Positions 12,501-26,900 of a stretch of DNA of 64,000 bases are shown here, one piece after another. Under the pieces are notes generated by a model. It had not been told where the DNA came from. It saw only the letters and a program-made list of their open reading frames with translations, and did not search any database. The number at the start of each line of letters is the position of its first letter. Position 1 is the stretch's first letter. This DNA comes from Balanoglossus misakiensis (taxonomy: Eukaryota > Animalia > Hemichordata), in contig CM082589.2 in NCBI GenBank assembly GCA_040954595.2, forward strand, positions 5,949,186 through 6,013,185. The letters run 5' to 3'. The translations under genes were made by a program, and so were the position numbers.

Positions 12501-15500
12501 TTCGCATATTTCTTCTTCAGAGTTTGGCCTACAATTGAACCACTATCAGCAGCAGTCATATACCTTAATTTTTTACTGAAAGGCTGTGGGATTATTCAAT
12601 TTCGCAAACATGGAAGAGAGATTTATGGCCTAGTTTGATGGCTGACTTTTGTAAGTCACTCAAATTCTCTTAAAATAATTCCAGTTTTCCTATAGAACTG
12701 TGGGAAGGGGTGCAATCTTTAAAACAACGCTCCCTGTACATATACATTGTACTTGTTCACTTGTACAGCAAACATGATCAGGGGTTTCAACTATTGCCAA
12801 AAATAAACCCTTGTGGGAGTACACTACAATATAATTGCACAACACCAGTGTAGCTGGTGAACAGTGCTAATTCTCAGACGTTTCACTCGACACATCATGA
12901 ATTCAGATTAGCGTCGTACGTGCCTTCAAAGACATATCAGTCTTTAACTTCTTGTTGTACTTTATTCAAGCATGTATACATGTACCTTAAACTCTCAGTG
13001 GTTGCAGACAGTTTTTTTCTACTTGGCAAACCAAATTTAATTACCAATTTATGTATTTTGGATAAAATTTTATTACAGAATTTAAATTTTATGGCAGTAA
13101 GCAAGCAAATGAATGTATGACCATTTTCCTTGCAGGCAAAATAAACTTTATCTTTCTTCTGTTTTGAATTTTATGTGTGTCACTGTGGATTTTTTTCTTT
13201 AAATGAAGTGGATGACATCTCTGTCAATCATTACACTGTGAAGTCACAGAGAAATGCCTGGACATTAAATGAAGAGAAACGTTGTGTTGTTGTGATTGTC
13301 GTATATTACCCCTGACATCTTGGCAACTGTGTTAACCACCATTATCACATGATCGGAGCCATTAAATCTATTTTTGGCTGAAACTTAAAGTCATAAATTA
13401 AAACAGGAGGAAGTACTGGTGTTTTAACTTTTTTGCCACTGTCACAGGCAAAAAAAATTGTAAAACATTCTTGGCCAAAATTAACTATCTCATAATAGTC
13501 ATAAACATAATGAACTACAGTCATTAATGCCAAAATTGTATCCAACACATTAAGAGCAAAGTTTACTGCAGTAATTTCACCAAAAAAAATAAAATAAGGA
13601 AATTGCTGTCTATCAAGGTGACCTTGGTGTGTTAACCATGACCCAATGACAGTGACCTACTTCTGGTGACACTGGTTATTCAATACAATCATAACGTTAC
13701 TGGGTGAACTGTCACTCGGGACAAAATGTACACGTATTACTGGCTGGGCTCACTGCCAAACACTTATCATTTGATTAGCTCGTCACGTTGGTCGAAAACT
13801 CGTGCTGTCCACATGACGATCACATGCTCCTGAACTGCGTATATAAATTTTGTCTCTTAAATATACACAGCTGCAGTATTTCTGCCTTTTCGCTTGCACA
13901 GATTCTATTCTAGGACATCATGAACTTTCAGGGCTTGATACAGGCTCTGAAAATTCACAAGATATATGCCTCGTATATTGTACTGTGTATGTGTGCATGT
14001 TTTAAAAGTATATACAGTCACCTATGCAAATTTAGCTACAGTTACCATTATGGCCAATCACAGATTTTCAGTGGGTGGCAGACGCATAAAAAAAATCGCC
14101 ACCATATGTTCTTAAGAACACTCAAATATGCTATATTTCAGCGTTATATGGGCGTATGTAAATGTGAGGTGACCATATACCTTTAATTCGAAGTCCCATG
14201 AGTGAATTTGTGGTTTTTTTGTGATTTTCATATGAATATCACCGACATATTCATATGAATATCAGCAACAGAATTTTGCAGACTAATTTGCTTGTATGGA
14301 CTAGACTGGTTTCCAAGACTACACAACAGTGAAGCTTAACAAAATCCGCAACTAATTCCCGAGCCAGCCACTCAATGCATGCACAGGATTTTCCTTCACA
14401 CCTATAATAGCATTCGTGCTTGATCCCAGATTTAAGGTGATGACTGAAGGATTCAACAGACACGCTGGTTGCTATTGGCAACAATGTTCCAAATGTGCAC
14501 TGATATGCGCGTAATATGACATTCAAACCATCTTCAGATGAAATGCCATAGATCTCTGTTTTGCCTCTACTGCTCAGGACACAGGTCCTGACCAGATAAC
14601 TGAAAACAATAACACTAAATGGACCCAAAGTTCACTTCCCAAGGGGTCAAAGTTGGCTTAATAACTGTCCAAACCATGTCATAGGTTGAAAGGTCAGGAA
14701 GATAGGCTGATCTTCATCTCATCAGTAGAGGGAATCTTTTTAATTGTATGCAAACTTCTCACATTAACTCTTTCAAACACTCTTTTAAGACACATTTTAC
14801 TTTGGTTGCTAAGCAACAAACATTCAGTCAGACTGAAACCAGAAATAGGCTGGAGCACAGCCTGGAATGTAGAATTAGGGCTTGGCCTTACATGAAGCCA
14901 TAGACTGACCAGACACTGTGTTAAGTGTTTATACTTGGGAGTGAAGTGTTGTTTTGTGAGGGTTTACAGTCATGTAACAATTCTCAATACAAATAGAGTA
15001 TGATAAACATGTGTTGGTCCAACAAAGGGTGCTGACCAATATTTACAGACGAGGTGTGCCGTCTGTACAGTTCTTTGCATGGATATGTTTGTTTTTTGGT
15101 AGAATCATTTTGAAATCAAAGGCTCTGTACTTTTATAAGGAACCAGATGGTGAATATGGTAAAGTCAAACCATTTAAAAAAATATTTGGAATCATGTAAA
15201 GGTTCTGAAATTATTCATGGTAATTCAGTTTAATAGGGTAATTTTAGGCCTATGAGATGCTACATGTAATAAACACAGCTCCCTGCAAATGTCACAATGA
15301 CCTTCACATCATATCGTTCCAGCACAAACCCTAACCCTAACCAGGCATATCACCTGACAGCTCTCAATAATTTCTGCCCACCAACCATGATCTTGTAGAG
15401 GGGGAAACGCGGGAGTTTCCCTCGTGCAAAAACAAAACAACCCGAAGCCCACAAGTGCCTGGTTACGTAATCAGATCACCGTTGCTACAGTACATGTCGA

Positions 15501-16064
15501 TCTGGGGTGATGGTATTAAAAACGAAACTGTGATCGATGTGACTTTGAGAGCGATTTGTAGCGTTGTGGGCACCGTGATCTCGTGCTGCAACCGCTACAC
15601 ATCGCTCGCTTTCTAAAAAGCCGGCTTTCGTAAACGTGTGACCGACGACGACCCCGCGGAAAGTAACCCGGTGGCTACGTGCGGAGTCGTAATTTACGTC
15701 TAGTCTGGAATCCATATTTTCTAGGTCACTTTCCGAACAATGGGCAGGAACCACTTTCTGTTCAGTGTACAGGGTCTAGCATCAAAAACATAGGAAGAAA
15801 TGGAGTCCTCTTATCAACCAGACCCATAGAAAGATTAATATATAATACACACTCATAGTTCTTGGTTTATAATTGCCGAGGAAATCTACATGCTCGGATC
15901 GATTTCTTTCCGTACAGTATCAAAACACACTTCACCCGGCCGGTGCATTGTCACTGACAACTCACCTCTTGTTCAGCATCACTTCGGAAACACAGGCATG
16001 CAGCCCGTTTACGGAAACCCTCTGAGTCGTACGTGCGAATCGAGTTAGGTTTATGCTTGACCAT
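9540..16064 (-). CDS. NUDT3: Diphosphoinositol polyphosphate phosphohydrolase (NUDT3/NUDT4, DIPP), 147 aa; exons 15966-16064, 11583-11693, 11151-11280, 9540-9643
   Basis: Spliced translation MVKHKPNSIRTYDSEGFRKRAACLCFRSDAEQE-ILLVSSSSTPDRWVVPGGGVEPEEDPGMAAMRETIEE-AGVKGRLGRCVGVFENEERKHRTRVYALVVSEELESWEDKKHIG-RERKWFPVDEAVCLLGGHKPLQKLFLIEALKSR*. Intact Nudix box GX5EX7REXXEEXG, canonical splice sites, consistent phases. Confidence 0.95.
10410..10775. mobile_element. Probable non-autonomous DNA element with GC-rich hairpin in NUDT3 intron 3
   Basis: Inverted repeat ggacattagcgc...gcgctaatgtcc around a cgctcgacgcgtagcggagggcg core, and direct repeat ggggcgccttgaaacc x2; CpG-rich island in an AT-rich intron. 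Family unassigned. Confidence 0.45.
12075..12167. mobile_element. ~90-bp piggyBac-like MITE family A
   Basis: TTAA-CCCT...AGGG-TTAA ends with TIR ccctttcacc/ggtgaaaggg; same internal sequence as the other copies (reverse orientation). Confidence 0.85.
14010..14187. mobile_element. MITE family B copy
   Basis: tatacagtcacctatgcaaatttagctacagttaccat ... gaggtgaccatatacctttaa; homologous to 3868 and 58608 copies. Confidence 0.75.
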
Positions 16065-17971
16065 CTTCTTCGGAGTTGAGCTGGACATATGTAGCAGTGA
16101 GAAGAGTAGACTGGATCGGTTTAAACGTCACTTTGTCGCGGTCATATTTCAGCAGAAATGAACAACACTCGCAGAAGCCTTACCGCCACGCTGAGTGTCT
16201 CGTGTGACGTCATCAGGACACACTGCGCAGGGATTTCCCCAAGCCCTCAGCGGCGTAATTTGGAAATGTATTATTTTTGGAGGAGGGGGTCCGTCTTCCG
16301 AACTTTGAAATGGGAGGGATTTAATTTTAATAGCATGAGGGATTGCCAGTGACCAAAATTACCTTTACTATCAACTGGCCTGTCAAAGTGGATTGGCAGA
16401 TTTCGCAATAAAACTACATGCATCTTGTTGTTAAGGGGTGAACCTTATGATAGTGAGTGGGAGGGGGTTGATGGAGGAAATTGGTGAATGGGATAAACAC
16501 ACACATACACACTATTTTTTTCTTCATCATCACATTTCATCTTTATTACTGTTTTGAACAATCTTTAAAAACAAAATCTCTTTTCATTGAAACATAATTA
16601 CAAATAGGGTTCAAAATCATCTGTTCCAAAGGTTGAAATTAAATGTACACTGTACACTAAGTACTTTTAAATAAATCATTCATTTAAGAAGTTAACAAAT
16701 AATAGTGTAAAGTTACAAGTTTAAACTTGAAAATCAGTAAGTTAAATATCAATGATATTCTGTAGGAAGCCCTGAGCTAATGTTGTATTTACAAGGAAGT
16801 GTTCTCTATTTACATAGATTACTGTATTATTAGCTAACTCCCATACTGATCATAACCAAATATCTAATGTTTGATGTAACCTTTTCCAGTTTTCCATCTA
16901 TGGTTCCAGGTCAAACCAGAATGGACATTTTTTTAATCAGAAACAAATTAGGGTCAAATTCTTTTGATATGAAGTTATTACAATTTCCCTTTGAATCCAG
17001 CTTGAAAGCAGACTTCTAAATGACATCATAGGTCACCAGAGATCAGGGTGCAAAGGTTAAAAGAATAGTTCCATTTCCCAAATTAAAGTAAAATAATAAT
17101 GTTAGCAGGCTTTTAAGTACACATACACAAATATACAATGTAATAAATACTACTAGTACATAAATTCTATCACAAATTTTATCAAAATTACATTGAATTT
17201 CTTTCCTTTATACACCAGAAAATACTAAAATGTACAAGTTCTATTGCTGAATACAACGAATGAAACCCGAAACATCTGAATCTGGCGGCAAGCTGACTGG
17301 AAACAATACTTATGATAAAATCTGATAACTTACTCATCATTTCAAATACAAAGAAAAATCACTGATTTAATACAGGGAAAATTTATGTTAAATTTGACTA
17401 CTCTTGAAAAGAAATAAGATTTGAATAATGCATACAAACAGAATATGACTTGGTAATATATCAGATGCACTTGAAATTGTTAGAGATTATCAACATTGGA
17501 TGGAATGTTCTCCAGATGGTCTCAGGATTGAAATTACGTAAGGCACTTTATTATCACCCTGCTTGGAATGCAAAAATAAACTCAAACAGTTTTTGTTTGA
17601 CAATCATTATTTACAATTCATATCTCAAAAATAGATTTTGCTCTTGAGTTTTACCAAGAATATTTGGAATGCTTGTTGCTCCAATGATTTCGAAGTTTAT
17701 AAGACAGAGTTTTGGCTGGAGCAATATTTTCTACTAAGTTAGCCAGCTACCTGCAGTTGACAGTCAGTCATTGGTCTGTTTTTGTTAAATAACAAAGCAC
17801 CCTTAGTATTATGACGAAAAGTAATACGGCTGCATTAACTGTGTGTGGGCTCACTACTAACACTTCAGCTGTCCCCTTTTTATTCACGCAAACTTAGGTG
17901 TTTCCTACCACTGATAAGTTACCATGGTAGCATGTATTTTGGTTAAAACGTACAAAACTTGCTCTTTCGGT

Positions 17972-20900
17972 TTATCGTTTTCGGCTGACTGCTGCAATGT
18001 ACACCCACACTGAGAGAATATTGTTGGGGTACGGGTGGATGTGCACGGCCAAGGCAAACTCGACATCGGTGGACTCATTGATGTGGACACCAGTGCTGTG
18101 CACAGCCTCTATGATGGGCTCCATCTCAGTGTAGGTCAAGTTCAAGGGGAAACCGCTCATCTGAAATAGTCAGCAAAACAAAAAAAGATCAAGTCAACCC
18201 GTGCAGTTTTGTTACCATGGAAAGTGATGATCTAGCAAATCAAAATTGTTTGGCATGCATAAAATTGCACTACCACATGGTCACTAGACGACTTACACAC
18301 ACCCTATATCGGCAGGTGTATAAAATTAGATGTAGATTGTATTTGAGAAAAAAAAATGAAATTTATTAGTTTTCTAAGCACAAGATAATGACCAATTGAG
18401 GGCTAAATTATGTAAAAAAAAATCCCGATGATCAACATTTTATGACAACACAGGTAGCTAAATAAAATTTCCAGAACTTTCCAGATTTTCCAGGATCATA
18501 CAAAACACTCTCTGCTGATTTGCATTTTCTTCTCTTTCGCATTGCAAGCTTTTGCTATCCTCAGCTTTTGAGAGATAGAAACTACAGGGAAATTCTAGAC
18601 GACTACTTACAGAGTACGACCCCATGACTTGATCCAACTCGGCCTTGTGGTCTTGTATCGCAGCGCTTCCTCTGTTCTCTTCCAACTTCCTGAGGAGATT
18701 ACGGAACACCTGGGTGCAGTATCTGTTGAATCTGGTGATGTGGCGAGGTCGCCAGTCCATCAGTTTTTGTCTCAGTTTCTTCTCAATCCTGAACAGGAAG
18801 AAAGAATAAAGCGTCAAATTTGAACCTCCCTGCAAAATTGCTGGCTTCATTTTCTGTTCAGCTGAACCTCAGTGCATCGTTTGGAACGCAAGACTTTGAA
18901 ATTTTGTACCGTACGACAACAGGCACAAACCAGTCTAGTAAAGTTGTCTCTGATTGGTCAATGTGATGCAAAGATGATTGTGATTGGTCAATAGCTTGTA
19001 GACCTGTTTCAAACAGGTCAAACTTACTTGTCTGTAAGATCAGCCACATATCCCTTGTCTGTCTTGTAATACCGCAGCTCATCAACCTGGTGAGAGAGAA
19101 AAAACAGTGTTGTTACAGACTGCATTGACCGATTATTAACAAGCCTACTCTATTAATATTAGGCCATTCACTCTAATGAAATCCATGCCAACTAGAAGCC
19201 TATTTCTTCATCTTCTTTTAAACCCTTTGCAATCTGACCAGGAAGTTTTCTTCTGAGCAGAGTTGAAAGAATTCCCAACACTTTTACACAATGAACATTT
19301 ATTTCTGGCTGAATTATATGGTCTTAACGGTTATCCAAACATCACATAATTCCCAGATATTGCCCCGTGGTAAACTGCACTTACCTGTACACTTGTCAGA
19401 TTCGGATTGGAGTAACTCTTAGTGAACAGCGGTCTCCACATATTATTCTTTGTCACATCAAAATCGACCCTAAATGGCTCCTCATTCAGTTGAATATTCC
19501 CCCAGATCTGTCAGAACATACAAGACGGCTTTTACAGTAAATTTGAAGGAGTAAACAGTGAGAAACAAATTTTGAGTGAGAGAGAAAAATTGGCCTCAAT
19601 CTGAAAATCAAAATGGCTGACAATCTCTGTTTAACTCCATCGAGAAAAAAGCAGTGATTTTCATGAAAGCAAGATTTTGAACACCATGTTTTCTTCCTTG
19701 ATTTCAAAGAGACTGCTCACACATTATAGTATAGCAAAGAATTGAAAGATTTGGAGGACTATATTTTTTTTTTTACTTAAATCTGTCCTGGGGCACTGAC
19801 TATCTTGAGTCAAATTTTTTTTAATTCGGGAATACACCACTTACATTCTCTTGATTGATCAGACAGCCAACACTCTTTAGCGGGCAGAAGTTGTCGTACT
19901 GCGGATAATGTTCTCCGGTGCTGGGGTTCCAAATCAGGAAGTTATTGTCAGCCTCCCTCGTCAACACGTAAGTTGTCGATCCCTCCGGAATCGCCCGGCC
20001 GACGAGCACCCACGCCTTCTTGCCCATGTGGAGGAAGTAGTTGCATAGCAACACGGCATGCTCTTCTTCATCACCTTGCAACATCTGCAGAAATTGCTGT
20101 GAGAGGAAAAAAAAACATATTGGGCTTTCACTCACATCTGCGATTTTCCTGTACATGTACAAAAACACTTTGACGGTTAACAGAGCAGCAAATACTTACA
20201 TCACATGAACTCCATATATCACACATTCCGGGAAATTCAACACTGTCCGACACAAACGGAATCAGCGATACAAACCGGGAAATCAACTCCTGCAATATAC
20301 ATAAAAGAAAACGACATATTACAAAAAGTCTTCTTTCTGCCAGGACTCGAAATCACTCGCATGAAATTACGCACATAAGACGATCGTCGGCTTTTAAAAC
20401 ACCACTAAGATATGACACTTACAGCCTGCTTCAGTGGATTGGATTCTGCGTTGAGTAAATCGGGCGGTGGCTTCAGGGCCTTGAAGTACCTGGTCACAAA
20501 CACGGATTTGCCGTTGATATCCATGACGGTGGTCAGCATCTCCCGTTTGGGATGCTTCTTCTCGAACTGCATCTGGTAGTTCTCCGCGAAGCTGAGAAGT
20601 TTCTCGTCTTCCGTGGTGTCGAACTGGGTGATGGAGAAATAGAAAAGAATTTATTTGAAAATCGTTGAGAAATGTGTGCATTGTCATGAATCATGCAAAA
20701 TTCTGAAAAAAATGGGATCAGTTTATGATGCTCTGTTTATTAAATATTGACCTTGACAGCAAATAAATGGATTTACAAATGTCTATGTTACCGACGTGAA
20801 GGGATTGTATGTGTTATCTAGTATTTCAATTGGGTTCATTTTTCTGAATAAATTGCAAGCATGATACAGTGATTACTACCTTTTCTTTGACAGGTTCTGG

Positions 20901-23900
20901 AACGGACAGAGCTGGCTCGATGGTGATGAAGAGTTGGAGGTAGGTGTTATCAGTATCGCGTTTACCCTGGCCGTACTGCGTAGTAGTGGCCTCCATAGGT
21001 CCGGCTCGCTGGTAGCCTAGCAACACACGCGGGGCTTGTAGTCGGAAGTTGCCCTCGATCTGTGGAGGAATGACACTGCTGATCAAATTGGGAGCTGAGA
21101 AAGGAGGCATTATCACAGACAATCAGAATATATCCTCCCCTTATTTTTGATATAAATGCTGTATTTCTCTATCAAAATTTTTTTTAACTTCGACCATTGT
21201 GACTGTTGTTATCTTTGAAAACTGCAACCTTACATTCTACACAGGAATTGTTATTTTTCGATGAAACTTTCGTTACCTGTCCCTGGAAGTAGATTGTAGA
21301 GAATGGAATCTTCAGTGAGCCCAGCCACTTCCTCTCCAACCTCTGGTGAATGTTGGTGGACCTCGCTCTGTCGTCCTCCAGCATGTCTACGACGACTTCG
21401 TCGAATAAATTCAGATACAGAAGGTCTTTGCAGGTTTGTAGTGAGTTGGACGAGAAGTCGTTGTTCGGTGGTCTGTGGGGAAAGGAACAAACTCAGTGAA
21501 AAAAATACCGGTGCTGTTGTCAAAAATACTACAGATTTCGATTGAGTGACACAATACAGGGAAATAGGAACTTTTCCTGTCAAATGTAACATTAGAATAT
21601 TGCACCAAAAGACAGCAATAAAGCAGTTAACATGTGTATATACTGACTTGAACGCCAATGAGAGTTCTTCGCTCCAATTAGGGTTAGGGCCTTCGGCGAC
21701 ACTGGTCTGTTTATTGTTGCGCTGAAACACACACTCCACAAATGGCCTCACAGTAACCTTCAAAAACCAAAGATTATTCGTCAGTATACAAGTGTATACA
21801 AAGTGTACACTTATTCTAAAATAGAGGACAGGGATTTGACAGCAAAATAATGACTGAGTTGCTGTGATGAGAATGTTTTGAGAATAAAAATAGCCATTTA
21901 AGCAAAATAACAATACAAAGAACATTTTAATATGACCACATGCAAAATGAACACAAGTACTCATTTAACTATCAATGGCTTGCAACATAATTAAGCATGC
22001 CATGCATTTTTAAATCGCAATTACCAAATAAAAATACCAACACCATACAATAAATTCATGCTTTAAGAGTTGAGTTGTTACAGGTGGTTTCATAATAAAA
22101 ATCACTGTAACTATGGTGAAAATAGTATCTTGGCCATTTAAACACTACTAACAGCAAACAGTATCTTGGCAATATACATGTAAAAAGACATGCCAGCTTC
22201 TATAAACATGCATGACACTTTTCTACAGCGAATGATTGGAAGCAAAGAAAATCTAGCCTCCAAAGTTATGCCAGAGAGTTCTGATGTTGGGTCTCTCTCA
22301 TTTATGTCTCGCTGCTGGGGAGGGGAGCATTGTCAGGTCTTGTATCTGTCTGTATGTTTATATGTGTCTGAATGTATTTGTGTGCACAGCACTGATGATT
22401 AAAGGATCATTAAAATGTTAGTACACAAGAGACACTGCCCATTTTTACCTTTCCTGGTGTGATCAACTGCACGCATGCATTAGCGGAGAAAGAGAAAAGA
22501 AAGAAGTCTTGCAGTTAACTCAGAGTTATGTCCAAAGCACACAGAAGGAGGTCAATTGCACATCCTTGAGACGACAAGTTAAAGAAGTTATTGAAGTTTC
22601 TGGCAATGTTCAATGTACAAAAAATATCCTGACATGATTGCACATGACTTTGCCTTTCATCACACATTTTTTTGTATTAAATTTTTCATCAGGACAAACT
22701 GTAAAACGGGAAATATTCACGAACAAGAAATTCTCGCAAACTTCGCGAGAGCAAAAAAAAAACTTGAAAATAAATAGTCACGAAAGAACAATGTGTACAA
22801 TAGAATGTTTTTCAAGATAAGAGAACGTGAAAATTAATCGTTGTGAAATAGTCGCCTTTGTTGATATAGCGAACATTCACTATCACGAAAATTTCCTGTT
22901 TTACAGTATGGATTAATGGTACTGGCTGTCTGTACTTGTCCAACAAATGAAGCCCATATCTCCTTACCCATCCTTACCCATCATGCCCCGGTGTGGTCAG
23001 CAAAGATAATTTTGTTGTTAATAAACAGTGAAGATGTTAGTCTCCAGTGAGTTGAGCTTTGTTTTTCACACACATATAAAAGCCAAGTTGCAGAATTTTC
23101 TGAACAAGAAAAGTCTTCAAAAAACTTCCAATTCTATGCAGTTCGTAATCAAAATTACCCATTTCTTAATTTTTCAAGTTTTCATTCTATTTTTAAACAG
23201 ACCAGTCTAAATTTTCCATTTGCAAAGAATAAGCCCAGTTTTTGAAGACTTTTCTCTTTTCAGCTTCACACCCATGTTATATCACTACAACAGGCTGATT
23301 AGTTTTAATAGTTATGGCAAGGTTCCTGCAACAGACAGATTGCGATGACATCATGGACATAAAAGACTTACTGTTTCCATGTCTACCCTTGCCTGTAAAT
23401 TGAGATACAATGTCATCTATCATAATCATGCATTTTATATCAAAACAGAAATGAAATCTGTTTTGTTAGCAAAATTCCCTTATATTTGAAAACTGCAAAA
23501 TTTTTGAAAAAACAGTCGCTATAAATTTACATATCTTACAAATGTATTTCCCCACCCTCTTTTGTGAACCTGTACACCCCTACTTTCACACCCACTGTTA
23601 ACTTGCCCATATAGCATGAGGACTACAAGGGCTGTTCCAAGTGTAATGATATTAAATCGTAGGTAGGTCAGAGTGTACAAGAGGGTGTTACTTACTGCAG
23701 CCGTGAGATCTGTCATGGTCAGTGCCTCCTTCCTGACTGGGACGTCGAACGCTCTCTCGATGTTCACCAGAACTTTGACTTCAGTGTGTCCCAGACTCTG
23801 CGCTGTCACCACTTTCCTTTCCTTCCTGACTGGTTTCAGGGGACGCTTCGGCTCGGCCAGTTTCAACAGATTTGCCGACAACAAGCTGTGTTGATTTGGA

Positions 23901-26900
23901 GTAAACAACAACAAAACGGTAAGCGTTTACACAATTGATAAATAAGCACACAGAAAAAAAAACATTTCCCTTCATCTAACATGTACATTGTTTTTACGCA
24001 AAATATAAATAAAATAATTTAAAAAATAAATAAAATAATTTACTCACGTGATGTTTGGTACGGGCTCCTCTGCTATCACGTCTTGCAATGTATACTGATG
24101 CTGAGCTGCTCGGAACCGAGTCATAACTTGTTCTCGCACCTGCATGTCCAGAAAATGTGGGGAAAAATGTTGAGATGTACACTACTAACATTCGCTACAA
24201 AAATGACATAATTTCAACATATCATCAGTGTCTAAAAAGTACAGTGTTTCCCCTATAGAGTAGTGGCTTCCATTTTTTAATTTTTGGCAAACGATAAAAA
24301 TTCATAACCATAACAATTACATTTATTGTTATGCAAATTTGTCGCTACATAATGGGATATGTGTGTTTCATACAGGGATCACAAACGTCTGGTTTGATCG
24401 CTATCTCTTAATCTGCTACAATTTCTGTGTGGTACTGACGTTACAAAATGTGACAAATGCGGAAAATCTTAAATTAAACAGAAAAAATACACACCTTGTT
24501 GAGGAATCTTGCAACTGCAGCTCTGTGTGGGTCCTTGTCATCTCCAAGTTGTAAATCTCTCTCAGCTTTCTTCTTTTTCTCATAATCCTAGACAAGAAGC
24601 AATGATGAGAAATTCACAATGTGTAAACACAAACTGATGATGTTTTTACCAGGGGGTTGTAAGAAATTTGAGAAAAAGATAAGGCAGCGACAAGAAATAA
24701 TTTTAATGGAATCTCACTGTGAAAATTTCATCCGGGATCTCCTTCTCCTTGATGGGAATCAGAGTGTAATTCCGGAATTCAGGGATTTCTTTCTCTCGCA
24801 ACTCTATCAGTCGGAACCGCTTGAGTTTTTCCAGTTCTTCATCCGTGGTGAAGTTGAATTCCTGCTGCAGCTGCTCCAGTCGGAAGTATTCCGGCATCTT
24901 CTTATCCAAACCGCTGGCATGCTGATGGGAATGATACAGGACGGGAATATCAAAGTAAGTCTCTGGTAATCACAGACGTTTAACCCTTTCACCCCCAGTA
25001 CCCTCTTTAGAGGTTCAACCTTACCATAGAAAACAATGGGTTTGGACTGGACCATGGTGTTTCAAGGGTTAATGCAAAATGAACACATTCAAATAGTGAA
25101 CAGCCTTCGCTTCCTTCCATATTTCATGCACACCGTATAAGTAGACTTCAGTTTTTTCCCTTCTTTTCACCCAATTTGCTGTCTTTTCCCAATCTCCCAC
25201 ACAGACTATGGTCGCCGCCATCTTGCCTGTAGTTAGGACAGCACACTGCCTTATGGTATTGAATGTATACTTTCTGTAACCAGAGTCTCTGGTTTGGCAC
25301 ATGCGCTACTCACGTGGATCATATGGAGTAGAGCCGCATTGGCCGGATCGTTGGGATCAAGCCTGGATTCCGTCACCCACTTGACCAACTTATCCGGGTC
25401 GATCATTCCGGTAGCTCCGATGGCCGACAGTGCGTCAAACTGTTTGGCAGAACTGCACAGGAAAAGGTGGAGGAAAATATACAATGAGGATTATCTATAT
25501 AAAGCTCATCATAAAATCTCTTTATCACACTCTGATGCAGTATGTATTATGATAATCTCAACTTTGCCAACTCATTCAAAATTCTGAGTAAACTGCATTG
25601 TGGGGTTATTCACAAGTGTGTCGGCCATATTTGGACTCAATATGAAATACTATACATGTAAGTACATGTACAAGAATGTAATATTTTATGTTACAACTCT
25701 AGTTTATGGCCACATATGTATAAAGTTTTCGAATAAGTCATTGATTACATGTGAACAGAATAAGTCAAATGGACACTTTAACAATGTGTATTTCTTGTGT
25801 ATGAGCTGTATGTATATCCTGGCACACCGACAATGACACTGACAAACACAGAGACATACCGCTTAGTTGTTACTGTGCTCTGCGAGATTGGTGGCACCAG
25901 CGTTGTGCCATCATCACCCACGCCCCACGCCACGCTGGCCATCAATGTTCCGGACGTCAGCAGAGTGTACTCTTCCGCGAGGTTCTCGTCTCCGATCTTG
26001 AACGTGAAGCCTGCAAGTAATTGCGAACAAGTATTTGGGACGTAAATTCGTTAGGAAAGTGTGATGGTGTGGATACGCCTTTTTCATAAAGAGGGTGCCT
26101 TTCCAAGACGATGCAAAAACAAGGCCAGTAGATCTTCTTGTGTATTGTGGCTGTACATGTAGTTGGGACTGATGTTCGACAGCCACATTTTATTGAAGGA
26201 TAAGTTTTACACACAAATTGTATCATATATACAACAAACCAGAATAGCTCGAGCAGTACTCTGTGACCTACTGCAATTTTGTGACTCAGAAGTCGACCTA
26301 GCAATATTTCAGGAGACAAGAGATCACGTTATACCAGAAGAGGTATGCACTTACCACTTCCAACGCCTTCGTGTCCGTAAGAGACTTTCTGATCACTACT
26401 GAAGTCGATTTCTTCTAGTTCTACGTTATTTGATGTCACCTGTGGCTCTGGTATTGCTGCATAGACTTCCGCCAGTACGGTGTCCGAAAAACTGCCATTC
26501 TCAAAGACCTACATCAATAAAAGATGGTTGTTAAAATGCTATATATCCCTTGCTTTTGCTAGTATTCGCTTGAAAATATGTAGATGTAAATGTAAGCTTA
26601 ATGTAAGTCTGTAAGCATATACATACAGGTACATATGTATGTATATTCTACATACATACCAACATACATATCTACATAAATGGAAAAAAGTGGTACGTAC
26701 TTCCAGTTGTATACTCTCTGGCCACTGGACGATCTGTATATTGAATATATCACCAAAGTGGACAGTGAAATCTGACGTCAATGTTCTAGAAGAGAGAATA
26801 AACAAAACAAAGGTGAAGACTTCAGTAACAGGAACACCATTACTGAGGAAGAGAATGCTTGTTATCCACTTAAATCAACATCCATTCGTGCCATGACCCC

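Noticed and set aside
15327-15343. Telomere-like (CCCTAA) repeat
   Set aside because: Only about two units; expected by chance
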